This document shows, piece by piece, positions 5,650 to 19,500 of a DNA stretch of 64,000 nucleotides. The position numbers and the translations under genes were made by a program. The stretch's first letter is position 1. Every line of letters starts with the position of its first letter. The notes under the pieces are model-generated. The model worked only from the letters and a program-made list of their open reading frames with translations, was not told the origin of the DNA and did not search any database. The stretch is from a virus: positions 1 to 64,000 of the IMG/VR virus record IMGVR_UViG_3300046804_004208. The stretch is one strand, 5' to 3'.

Positions 5650-7512
5650 ATGCCTTTTACCAAATTTACCAATTTAGATTTTGATCAAATAAAGGAATCC
5701 ATTCGGGATTACCTTCGTGCAAATTCAAATTTTACAGATTATGATTTTGAGGGGTCAAATTTTTCCGTTCTTATTGATACTCTTGCATATAATACTTATA
5801 TAACGGCATTTAACTCAAACATGGCCGTAAATGAATCTTTTTTAGATTCTGCCACGGTAAGAGAAAATGTAGTTTCTCTTGCAAGGAATATCGGATATGT
5901 TCCAAGATCTAAAACTTGTGCAAAAGCTACGGTATCATTTACAATACAAACTTCAAGTACAGAAGGGCAACTTACTTTAAAATCTGGATTAGTATGCGTT
6001 GGTAATGTAGATAATACATCTTATGTTTTTTCTATTCCTCAAAATATTACTACTTCTATTAATAATGGAGAAGCAAGGTTTAGTGACATAGAAGTTTATC
6101 AAGGAGTACTATTAAACAAGCAATTTGTAGTTGATAACACTATTAACCAAAGATTTATTTTAGATAATTCTAATATTGATACTGATACTTTAGTTGTAAT
6201 AGTTGGTACAAGACAATATAGGAAGATTGATAATATTTTAAATTTAGATGGATCATCAGAAATATATTTAATTCAAGAAATTGCAGATGAAAAATATGAA
6301 ATTCTATTTGGAGATGGTATATTGGGAAAAAAACTTACTCATGGCGAAACTATAAAAATTAGTTATATAACAACTGATGGAAAAGAAGGCAATGGACCTT
6401 CATTATTTTCATATTCTGGAACTACAGTAGATTCATTGGATAGATTTGTTTCTCCAACAAATACAGTCACAATTGAGACAATAGTAAAAGCATCTAATGG
6501 TGGTGATATAGAACCAATTGAATCAATCAAATATTTTGCTCCAAGAGTATATTCATCACAATATCGTGCTGTTACTGCAATTGATTATGAAGCAATTATT
6601 CAAAAAATTTATTCTGATACAGAATCTGTTTCTGTAGTTGGTGGAGAAGAATTAAATCCTCCACAATATGGAAATGTTTTAATTAGTATAAAGCCCAAAA
6701 ATGGCATATCTATTTCAGATTTTACTAAATCTAGAATTTTAACAGAATTAAAAAAATATTCAGTAAGTGGAATTAACCAACAGATTATTGATCTTAAACT
6801 TCTTTATGTTGAAATTGAAAGCTATATTTACTACAATACTTCATTATCTTCAAATGCAAATGATGTAAGAACTAAAATTTTAAATACTTTAGAAAAATAT
6901 TCTAAGACTATAGATTTAAATAAATTTGGAGGAAGATTTAAATACAGTAAAGTTTTACAGTTAATTGATAATGTTGATTCTTCAATAACATCAAACATTA
7001 CTCGTGTTAAAATGAGAAGAAATATGAATTGTGTATTAAATACTTTTGCTCAATATGAGATATGCTTTGGAAATCAATTCCATAAAAATATAGGTGGATA
7101 TACGATAAAAAGTACAGGATTTAATATTGTTGGAGAACCGGATATGGTTTATTTTGTCGATGTTCCAAATCCAGATAGTAATATAGGAACACTTTCAATT
7201 GTCAAACCAAATGAAGAACTTAATAATTATCAAGTAGTCAAAAAGTCAATAGGAACAGTAGATTACACAAAAGGTGAAATTATAATTAATACAATAAATG
7301 TTTTATCTACAGAATTGGATGGTGGTATTATTGAAATTCAGGCATATCCAGAATCAAATGATATTATTGGACTTAAAGATCTTTATCTTGTTTTTGATAC
7401 TTCAAAAAGCACCATAAATATGGTAAAAGATACTATTTCTTCTGGTGATAAACTATCTGGCATAGACTTTTTAGTAACTTCAAGCTATTCAAACGGAAAA
7501 ATAACGAGGTAA
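5650..7512 (+). CDS. gp6: Baseplate wedge subunit gp6
   Basis: LDFDQIK, DYDFEGS, FLDSATVRENVVSLA, FGDG, RAVTAIDY. Confidence 0.93.
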   Translation: MPFTKFTNLDFDQIKESIRDYLRANSNFTDYDFEGSNFSVLIDTLAYNTYITAFNSNMAVNESFLDSATVRENVVSLARNIGYVPRSKTCAKATVSFTIQTSSTEGQLTLKSGLVCVGNVDNTSYVFSIPQNITTSINNGEARFSDIEVYQGVLLNKQFVVDNTINQRFILDNSNIDTDTLVVIVGTRQYRKIDNILNLDGSSEIYLIQEIADEKYEILFGDGILGKKLTHGETIKISYITTDGKEGNGPSLFSYSGTTVDSLDRFVSPTNTVTIETIVKASNGGDIEPIESIKYFAPRVYSSQYRAVTAIDYEAIIQKIYSDTESVSVVGGEELNPPQYGNVLISIKPKNGISISDFTKSRILTELKKYSVSGINQQIIDLKLLYVEIESYIYYNTSLSSNANDVRTKILNTLEKYSKTIDLNKFGGRFKYSKVLQLIDNVDSSITSNITRVKMRRNMNCVLNTFAQYEICFGNQFHKNIGGYTIKSTGFNIVGEPDMVYFVDVPNPDSNIGTLSIVKPNEELNNYQVVKKSIGTVDYTKGEIIINTINVLSTELDGGIIEIQAYPESNDIIGLKDLYLVFDTSKSTINMVKDTISSGDKLSGIDFLVTSSYSNGKITR

Positions 7513-7513
7513 T

Positions 7514-10500
7514 ATGATCACAACTGGTTTTGATACTAGAGTAAAAATCCAACAAATTGTTGAAAATCAGTTACCAGAATTTGTTCTATCAGAAAATCCG
7601 AAGGTTTCTGAATTTTTAAAGCAATATTATATTTCACAAGAATATCAAGGTGGACCATTAGATATTGCAGAAAATCTTGATCAATATATTAATTTAAATA
7701 ATTTAACTCCAGAAGTTATTTCTGGTATAACAAGTATAACTAAAAGTATTTCTTCTACCAATGATATAATATTTGTTAATACGACTAAAGGATTTCCTAA
7801 AGAATATGGATTACTAAAAATTGATGATGAAATTATCACATATACTGGAATTACCACAAATTCTTTTACAGGTTGTGTAAGGGGATTTAGCGCAATTTCA
7901 TCTTATAAAAATGACTTAAATTCAGATGAATTAGTATTTTCAAGCACAAGGTCCTCCTCACATATAAAAAATAGTAAGGTTGAAAATTTAAGTGCTTTAT
8001 TTTTAAAGGAATTTTATAAAAAAATAAAAATTCTGTTAGCTCCTGGATTTGAAAATATTGATTTTGTTTCAGGATTAAACGTAAATAATTTTATAAAGGA
8101 AATAAAATCTTTCTATCAGTCAAAAGGGACAGAAGAATCTTTTAAAATACTTTTTAATGTTTTATATGGAATAACTCCAAAAGTTCTTAATTTGGAAGAA
8201 TTTTTAATAAAACCATCTTCCAGTGAATTTATAAGAAGAGAGATTTTAGTAACTGAAAGAATAAGTGGTGATCCAAATAAGTTAATCGGTCAAATAGTTA
8301 AAAGTTATGATGACTCTGCTTCTGGACCAGTATCCGAAGTTGAATTGATAACTAGAAACAATAAAGTTTATTACAAACTACAATTATTTTCTGGATTTAA
8401 TGATAAAACTTTGATTGAAGGTCAATTTGAAATAACCGGAGAAACTAAATCTATAGATTCAGTTTCAATTGGATCTTCAATAATTACAGTTGATTCAACT
8501 ATTGGATTTTCACAATTCGGAACATTATATTCTGGTGATAATGTAATTTCATATTCAGATAAATCTATCAATCAATTTTTTGGATGTTCCGGGATTATTA
8601 AAAAAATAAATCCAAGAGATCAAATTAGATCTAATAATATCATTTATGGGTATGAAGATGGAAAAATTGACAAAAAAGTAGAATTGAGGGTAACAGGTGT
8701 ACTTTCAGAGTTGGAAGATACCCAAAATGTATTTCTTTTATCAAAAGGAGATGTAATTGAAATAACTAGTATTGGTGATAAAATTGAAAATCCTTCTGGA
8801 TTAAAAACATATAAAGAAGAGGTGTTTAATTCTTTTATTTACAATACTTCTTCTAGATATGAAATTGAATCTTTTTCTGGTAATAATGTTTTTTTATATG
8901 ATATTCCAGATAAATCTAGTTTAAAAATCGGAGATCATGTAGATATTTTAAATAGAAATTCTGAGAGTATTGTTTTAGAAAACGTAATAATTTTAAATAT
9001 TATTTCAAACAAATTAATATTAAACGTAAATATAACTAATGTAGATCAAAAAACAGAATTAAGTATTAGAAGAAAATTAAGTTATTCTTCTAGTTCAGGA
9101 ATACCACTGAAGTATGATAATATAACTTCAAATATACAAAACACTTATATTGAAAAAATTGGAGATGAAGAATTTATTAATATTGCAGCAAACTCTCTTC
9201 CAGATTATCCTATAGGTTGCAATTATAAATCTTCTTCTTTAATAATAAATTCTTCCTCAAATTTGGATCAAATATTTCAAGGATATGATGAAGGAGATCT
9301 AACATATTCTATAATATCATTTAAAAATAATGTTCCATTTAATAATGGAGATGCTGTTGTTTATACTGGATCTAATAAACCTTTATTTAACTTATCTTTT
9401 GGAAAAATATATTATATTCAAGTTTTAGTAAATGGAACCGAAAAAAACAAAATAAGGTTATATAATTCTAGATCTTTTATAGAATCCAACAATTATATTA
9501 AATTTGATTTATCTGAGGGTTATGTAGGAACTCACACATTTACCTTAGAATCTCAAAATGATAAATTAATTGAACCAAAAAAATATCTATTAAAGTTTCC
9601 TTTAAAACAAAATATAGAATCTGGAAAAAATATTCCAACACCAGTTGGATCAACAGGAGTTTTAATAAATGGTGTTGAAATTGTAAATTATAAATCAAAT
9701 GATAAATTATATTTCGGACCAATAGAAAATGTAAGAATTTATAATTCTGGGAAAGATTATGATGTAATAAATTTACCAAAAATTAAAATTTCTTCTCCCA
9801 TTGGGGTTGGGTCTACTGCTTATGCCGATGCGGTTATTAGAGGTTCTGTTAGAGAGGTAATAGTAGATCCAAATCAAGTTGATTTGGTAAGAGTTGTTTC
9901 TGCATCAATTTCTGGAGGAAATGGATCTGGTGCTGTATTGGAACCAATCTTAGAAAAAACTTTTAGAGAAATTGAATTTGATTCTGATCTATCACTATAT
10001 GGTGGAGGGATAGATAAAGATAATGATAGTCTTACATTTTTAAAAAATCATAACTTAAAAAATGGAACACCAATTGTATATAACAATAATGGAAATACTT
10101 CCATAGGTATTGGAACTTTTGATGGATTAAATACCGATCAAAATTTATACTTGGAGAATGGTGAAACATATTACCCAGAAATAATTAATTCTAGAGCAAT
10201 AAAATTATATAAAACTATTTCTGATTTAAATTCTGGAATTAATACTGTAGGATTTACTACTGTGAATTCTGGTGGTATTCATAAATTTAGGCTTTTAGAA
10301 GGAAAAAATGTTTTAAAAAATATCAAAGTTTTAAATAGCGGAAGTGGATATGAAAATAGATCTTTAAAGGTTAATCCATCTGGAATTTCAACAATTAATG
10401 ATAGTATTAGTTTCATAAACCATAATTTTAATGATGGAGATTTGGTCGAGTATCAAACGACTGGATCTGTTATTTCTGGATTGTCTACAGAAAAAAATTA

Positions 10501-13500
10501 TTATGTTTTAAAACTTGATGATAATTCTTTTAGACTTTGTGATGCTGGATACGTTGGAGTTGGTGCAGCAAAAACTGATTATTTAAGAAAAAAATACGTA
10601 AACTTTGAAAGTTCTGGAATTGGATATCAAATATTTTCATATCCAAAAATTACATTATCTTTGAATGTTGAATACTCTGGTTTTATAGGAACAATAACTG
10701 CAACACCAATTGTTAGGGGAAATTTAGTAGATTGTTACTTATATGAAAATGGATCTGGATATGGTTCACAAATTATGAATTTTCATAAAAAACCAAGTAT
10801 ATCAATATTAAATGGTGTTAATGCCCAAGTTAAACCAATTGTAAATAAAGGAAAAATAATTGCTGTAGAACTACAAAACGGTGGTCAAAATTATTATTCA
10901 ACTCCAGATTTAGTGGTAAATGGAAATGGAACGGGTGCAAAATTAAGAGCTGTTATTTCAAATGGATCAATAGTTAAAGTCATAGTTATAAATCAAGGTG
11001 TAAATTATGATAAAAATAATACTACAGTAAGTGTTATTTCTGCTGGAAGAAATGCAGTATTAAATTGTTCCGTGAAACCTTTAACAGTTAACAACTTTAA
11101 AAGATTTTCAGATGAAATAGCTCAAGAATTTAATGATAATTTATCTTATGGATTAGTTGGATATTCTACTATTAGAGAAGGTAGTAGTTTTTCAGATCCT
11201 ACATTAGAATCTGGACATTCAAAAATTATTGGATATGCATACGATGGAAATCCAATCTATGGACCTTTTGGATTTTCTGATCCAAACGACGATAATTCTA
11301 CTATAAAAAAATTAGAAACAGGATATGTTTTAGATCCTTCTTCAGTAAAAAGTAGACCATCAATTATTGATTTTGAACCTGGATTTTTTGTAGAAGATTA
11401 TATATTTTCTAATACTGGAGATTTGGATATTCATAATGGGAGATTTGCAAAAACTCCAGAATTTCCGGAAGGAATTTATGCATATTATGTTGGGGTAACA
11501 ACTGATACTAATACCAACACCTTAATTCCGAAATTTCCATATTTTATAGGAAATTTTTATCGTTCTTCATTAGATAATACTTCTATATTTGATCAATCGT
11601 TTGATTTTAATTCTTCAAATTTAGTAAGAAACACTTTTCCTTATAGATTAAATGAATTAAATTCCGGAAATGATTTTATACCAGAAGCAAATGACACTTT
11701 AAGACAAACTTCAATTATAAACTCAATTTCTTTAGGTGAAATTGAAGAAATTGAAATAAAAAATCCAGGAGAAAATTATGAAGTAAATGATTCTATCTCA
11801 ATTTTTTCAAAAACTGGAGGAGGATCTTCTGCAATCGTCAGTAAAATTAAAGGAAAGGAAATATATGGTTTAGAAACTAATTTTATTAAATATGAAAATG
11901 TTGTTTTTTCTTGGTTAGATGAAAATACTGTTTCTGCAAATATAAACCCACATCATAATTTTATAAACGGTGACAGTGTAAATATTTCTGGATTATCCAC
12001 AAGTATAAAAAATTTATCAGGATTTAAAGTAATTAGTTTTTCTCCAGAAGTAACAAGTTTAGCAAGTTCAATTTCTGCAAATTCAACTGTTGGTATTGTT
12101 ACAGATATAAGTATTTTTTCTCCAATATCGAAATTGAGTGTTGGCAGTTCAATTGGAATTGGAACAGAAACTTTTTCAGTTCTTAATATTTTTGATAATG
12201 AAAAAATATTAAGAGTTCGTAGAGGTGTTTCTGCTGGTCATTCTGAAGGATCATTAGTTAATAGTCTTTCAAATTTAATAACTTTAAAAGCAAATTGTCC
12301 ACAGTTTGATTCTACATTAAATAATATTGCTTATTTCAATCCTACTCTTTCTATTGGTGTCGGTACAATATCAGGATCTAATACAAATGTTTTATTTCCT
12401 ATTGGAAATTCTACAAGATTACTTTCTATTCCAACTCAAAGTATATATTTACCAAACCATAAATTTAAAAATAATCAAAAAGTATTATTATCAAAACCAC
12501 AATCTTCTTCACAATTAACTGTTAAAGATACTCCATCTGGATCATCTTTTAACTTACCTATAAGTGGAAATAGTCAATATGTTTATATAATTAATAAATC
12601 AAAAGATTATATTGGATTAGTTACTGAAGTTGGACTTACTACAACAACAAATGGATTATATTTTACTAATAATGGATCAGATAATTATCAATATAAATTA
12701 GAATCAGATTTTAATCAAGTTACTGGAGTATTACAAAAGGTTGAAACAAAAGTTTCATTATCAACATATCATGGACTAAGTTATGGTGATAAAATCGATT
12801 TAGTTGTAAATCCAAGTTTATCGGTTGGTATTGGAACTTCTTTAAGTATAAAATTAAAGTATAATGATCAATATGAAAAATTATTATTTAATCCAATTGG
12901 ATTTACTTCAACTTCCGTCAATATTTCTAATAATACAATCAATATAATAAATCATAAATTATCAACTGGAGATAAAATTTTATATACTTCAGAAGACTTA
13001 GTTTGTAGTGGATTATCTAGTGGTAAATATTTTGTTTATAGAAATGACGATAACTCCATAAGTTTGTGTGAAACTTATATTGATACTTTTTCAAATCCAC
13101 CAAATATAGTAAGCCTTGGTAGCACAGGAGGTAATTTACAAGAACTATCTTTAATTAATCCACAAGTAAAACTTTTTAGAAATAATAACTTAGTTTTTGA
13201 TACTAGTGATTCTAGTTTAATTAATTCAAATTTAAAAATATTTTATGATTCAAATTTTATTAATGAATTTGTTTCTGTTGGAACAACTAATTCATTTTTA
13301 ATTGAACAAACTGGAGAACCGGGGGTAGGAACTATATTTACGGACTCAAACATAACAATAAAATATAATCAAAAAATTCCAACAAAACTATACTATGCTC
13401 TTGAAAAAAATGGGACATTATTATCCAAAGACACTGAAGTAATTAATAATTCAGAAATATTGTATACTAATAGTCTCTATAATGGATCATACAATATATA

Positions 13501-16500
13501 TGGAATAGGAACCACAACTTTTAATATTAATTTAAATGATGTACCAGAAAAATTATCTTACAAAAAGTCCGAATGTTTTGATTTATCATATACAACAAAT
13601 TCCACCAATGATAGTGGACCAATTGACAAAATAAAAATTATATCTAGTGGATTTGGATATGATAGTTTACCTAATTTTGTTGGTGTTTCTACCATCAGTA
13701 GAGGTAAAAATGCAATTTTAAAATCAAAATCAAAATCAATAGGAAAAATAAATGATCTTCGTATTATTAATGAAGGTTTTGAGTATTCTTCAGATAAAAC
13801 ATTAAGACCAAAAGGAAAAATACCAACAGTTTTACAATTAGATAACAGCAGTAAATTAACTTCAGTTTCTGTTTTAAGTGGTGGAAGAAACTTTTTGTCT
13901 ACTCCTATTTTAGAATTAGTAAATAATTACACTAGAAAAAAAGTTAATAGTGGTATTTTAATTCCAGTTGTAAAAAATAATACTATAGTAGAAGTTAACG
14001 TAGTTGAAGAACCGTTGGGATTGCAATCAGTAGACCATACCATATTTACTACAAATAACAGTAATGGAATTCAAGTTTCTAAAATTCTTTCTTATACTAA
14101 TGGTATTGTTGAGTGTGAATTATCGACTCCACCTATTACTGGATTTTTAAATGTACCATTTAAACCTGGAGATAAAATATTTGTAGAAGGTATTTCAAAA
14201 GAATCCTTTACTGATGCATTAGGAAATACAACAACGCCTGGGAGTGGATTTAATTCTGTAGATCATGGATATGTATTTTTTACAGTAACTGAATTTAATA
14301 ATACAGATCCAGCGATATTAAAATATGATATATCTAAATTTACAGATAATGCAGGTGTTCCTAAAACATTACAAACAAATTATAGTTTAATTGTAAATCA
14401 AAAAAATTATCCAATATTTAGTATTGAGAAATCTTTAGCACAATTTTATGATAATGAAACTTTATTTGTTAATGGTTTAGAAACTGATTTAACTGTAAGG
14501 TCTTCAAATTATGATATTCTTAAAATATCTGGAGAATACCCAGTTAAATTGAATGATTTAATTTACGGAAAAATCTCAGGAAATTCTGCAACTGTTTCTG
14601 CAGTTAATAATTTTGAAAAATATTTTAAAGTAGATTATTCTAACAAAAGAAATTTTGACTGGAAAAATGATTTTGGAAAACTTAATAATGAAACACAAGT
14701 AATACAAGATAGTGACTATTACCAAACTCTTTCATACACAATTAAAAGTCCAATTTCTTATGAAGATTCTAAAGATTTTGTATCTAGGATGGTTCATCCT
14801 GTTGGAATGAAAAATTTTGCAGATATGGACATTTTTTCAAATTCTAATGTTTCAATTGCTGCTACACAGAATCTTTTACAAGTTCTTGATTTTGTCTCAG
14901 AACAAAGAGTGGATGTTGTCAGAAATTTTGATCTTGTAACTGATTATGAACCATTTTCAAATTCTTCAAATGCCATAAAGTTTAGGTATAAAAAATTATC
15001 AGACTATATTGATTGTAAAACAAATAGAGTTTTGCAAATTGATGATATAAGTTCTAGATTTTCTAGTCAAGAATTTAATAGAGATGCTTTTACTGAAGTA
15101 ATAGAATATCCAATTACAGATTTTTATTCTAAATTTTTAGTACAAGTTCATGATGAAGATAAACTAAGTTATCAGATCAGTGAAGTAGTAATCCTTAATA
15201 ATTTTGATAATACATTTACACTTAATAAATCAGATTTATACACGTTAGAAAAATTAGGAGATTTTACTGGAGAATTTGCACCTTCTGGAGATCCAGTATT
15301 AAAATTTATTCCAACAGATCCATATACAACTAATTATAATATTAAAGTTCATAGAGAAAGTTTTTCTCCAAATCCATTTAACATTGGTGTAGGATTTACT
15401 GATCTTGGATTTGTAAGGCTAACATCAAAAACTGAAAGAATGCCAAGATCATCTGGAATAAAAACTGATATTTTTATAGGATTATCTTCTTCATTCAATA
15501 CAATATATTCCAATATATTTGTTATGGATGAAGATACTTATGAAATGAATTATTTCGAAGTGATTGGATTTTATGATAGTAAAGATACGCACAAATCAGA
15601 ATTTTATTTTGATACTTATCCCTCTATAGGTGGATTATCTCAAGGATTTATTGGTACTTTTGGACTTTTTGTTGAAAACAATATTATAAAACTGCAATTT
15701 ACAAAAAATAATAATTTATCAAATATTTTAATAAAAGGAAAAACAGTTGGATTTGGTTCTACATCTGCAGGAATAGGTACATATAGATTTTTAGTTGCAG
15801 ATCAACTTGAAGGTACAGAAAAAACTTCTAAACTAGAGTCTAAACAATACAAAGGAACTGGAATTTCAACATTTATATCATATAATGCAGATGTAGAGTC
15901 TTCAGTTAAATCTTTAGTCAAAGTAGGTATAGGTACAACAGTAACTTCTCTACAGCAAGTTTTAGTATTATCAGATCTCAATAGAGTTAATATTCAACAA
16001 TATCCATTTGTTTCTGTTGGAAGCACTTCTGGTATAGGAACATTTGGTGTAACATTGAATAATAGTGTGGTTGATGTAATATTTTATCCAGACCCTCTAT
16101 ATTCTAGCAGTGAATACACAATTCAATCATTTAATCATTTTATGTTCTATGAAATTGATGAATTTAATATTCCAGAAGAATTAACTTATGGAACAGCAAA
16201 GGAGTCTTTTGATATATCATTTTACGGATCATTAAATGAGTTTGGAAAGGATAGATTAGATTTTGATTTAAACTATGAAAGAATTCCAATTTTTGAAAAA
16301 GTTTTTAATCCAAAAAATTCAAGTTTATTAGATTTGAGCACTGGAGTCTTTAAAATAAAAGATCATTTCTTCCAAACTGGAGAAGAATTAATATATACGC
16401 CTTCCTCAACTCTTATTGGAGTTCCTGGTGAACCACTTGGAATAGGTTCAACCTTAGTTAGTGGTACAACATTAATTGGAGATATTATAATTGGATTCTC

Positions 16501-19500
16501 AACAATTACAGGTGTTGGTTCAACTATTGGAATATCTACAAATGGTACTATAATTTTGGGTTCATCTATCCCAGATAATACTCAGATAATAGGAATAGGT
16601 AGAACATATACTTATTTTGTTGGTAATGTAGTTTCTTCTGGTTCATCGATAATAACTGGAGTTGCTAATACTCTTGCTCTAAAAGTTGGATCTGGAATTT
16701 ATTCTGGAAATAATATTTCTTTAGGAAATATTACATCAATTGGAATTAATTCAATAACTTCTTCAGTAACTATAAGTGAAGGTGATGATAGAATATATTA
16801 TTCTACAGATAACAATATATCACTTACTTTATCCAATGTTGCAACAGCCACTACAATTAGACAAAATTATATAACTGGAATAGTGACAGATATTTGTCCA
16901 GAAAAAGTTTATACAATTAAACTTAGTAAAGATACTTTTAAATTAACGGGAACTTTAGGTCAAACTGGAGCAGGTTTTACTTTTACATCTTCAGGATCTG
17001 GAAATATTCATAAACTAGAGATGAAAAAGAAATTAGAAAAATGTTTAATAACTGTTGATGGAGTAAATCAATATCCATTAATTCGTACGCCACTACAATT
17101 TTCAATTAAAAATAATGGAAATCCTATAGGATCTGCAACTACATTCATTACTTTAAGTGGCATTTCTTCAATATCTCCAAGAGATCTATATCAAGTAGAT
17201 GATGAATTTATGTATATTAACAATGTTGGATTGGCAACAGAAAATAATGGATTTGGACCTATAACTGGAATTGGAACTATTCCAGTTATAGAAGTTAAGC
17301 GTGGATGGGTTGGAACTGCTGCGACTACTCATGATGATAATTCAATTGGAAGAATTTATAAGGGTGCATATAATATTGTTGGTAATAGAATATGGTTTAC
17401 AGAAGCTCCTGATGGAAGAGGAAATAACAATAGATTGAATAGTAGTTTATTGCCTTTTGCGAAATCAACATTTAATGGGAGAGTATATTTAAGACAAGAT
17501 TATTCAACTAATAAAATTTATGATGATGTATCAGAAAATTTTAATGGAATTGGTAGAACTTTTACTGTTAAAAAAGATGGTGAAAATACTACAGGAATAG
17601 AAATTGGTAGTGGATTAGTCTTTATTAATGATGTTTTTCAGACTCCAGACACTGAAAATAATGCTGGCAATAATTATACATTTTCAGAAAATTCTGGAAT
17701 AACAAGCATTACATTTACCTCTGTATCAAGACCAACTCCACCATATGACATTTTAATATCCGAATATGATGTTAATCAAAATCAAGTTCCAAGAGGAGGT
17801 CTTATTGTATCTCTTGGATCTACTGGAGGATTAGGATATGCTCCTTTAGTTGGCGCTTCTGTTACTGCTATACTAAATTCTGGATCTATAGTTTCAATAG
17901 GAATAGGAACAAGTGGTTCTTTTGGATCGGGATATACAGGTAATGTATCTATAGGTGTTACAGACTCTACAGGAAATGGTGCAAATGTAACTGCAACTGT
18001 TGGTCTTGGCGGAACATTAATTTTTAATGTCGTTTCTGGGGGATTTGGGTATTCTAATCCAGAATTTATTATTAGTGATCCCTCATATCAAGATTTGCCA
18101 ATTGTTGGAGTTTCTAGATTATCGGTTGGAAATACAACGACTACTGGTATAGGATTGTCTATAACAGTTCAAGTTGGACCAAGTGATTCTGTTGGTATAG
18201 GATCTAGCTATTTTGAAGTTAAGTCTTTCAAAATAACAAAACCAGGATATGGATTTTCTCGTGGAGATGTTTTTGAAGTTGTTGGATTAGTAACTGATTC
18301 CAGATTAAATTATCCCATAGAACCATTCAGACTCGTTGTTGATGAAATATTTACAGACTCATTTGCTTCTTGGCAAATGGGAGAATTTGATTATATTGAT
18401 AGTATTAAACCTTTACAAGATGGAGTTAGAACTAGATTTCCATTGTACAGAAATAATGAATTATTAAGTTTTGAAGTTGATAGAAATGATATTGAAGCAT
18501 CTCAAATAGATTTTAATTCACTCTTATTGATATTTGTTAATGGTGTGATGCAAGAACCAAACGTATCTTATACTTTTGAAGGTGGAACAACATTTAGATT
18601 TAAAGAACCCCCTGTACAGACTGATAATATAGCAATATTCTTCTACAGAGGAACAAGAGGTGTTGATAGTGACATTATTAATATTAATGAAACTATTAAG
18701 GTTGGAGATACTATTAAAATAAACAAAAATAATAACATTTTTGGCACAATACCTCAAGATGAAAGAATTGTATCTTTAATACAGTCTGCAGATACAACAG
18801 AAACTGGAATTTATCTTGGAGATGGAATAGATGAAAATAATTTTAAACCTTTAGATTGGTTTAAGCAAAAAAGAGATTTAATTGTAAATGAATCTTTTGA
18901 ATATAAGTCAAGAGATTCATTAGAAGCACTGGTATTTCCAAGTGCAAAAATAATAAAAGATTTATCTACAAAAGATAATTCAATTTTTGTTGATGATTCA
19001 ACACTATTTAATTATGAAGAAAATGAATCTACATTAGAAATACAAAAGTTTTCTGCATTAGTTTTACCTCATTCTAATTTTTCCCCAGGAAAAATAACTG
19101 CCGTGGTAGACAATAACAGCACTGACATATCTTCATTGATAATTGAAAATGGTGGTAGTGGATATACTGGAAATTCAGTTGTTTTAAAAATTTCCAATCC
19201 TAAAAAAATTGGTATTGGTATAGGAACTACCGCAACTGCTACTGTCACTGTGTCTGCTGCCGGTACTTTAACAAGTCCAATAACAATATCAAATCCAGGA
19301 TTTGGTTATACCTTTATCCCACAGGTTTTAATACCAGAACCAGAAACAATTGGTGAAATGTTAGACGACATTCAACTTGTTGAGGGATTTTCGGGAATTA
19401 TAACTGGAATTACTACTAGTGTTGGCACAAATGGAAATCCATTGGCAATAAATTTCCAAGTTAAATTTGATCCAGAAAGTATAATCAGTGGATTATTGCC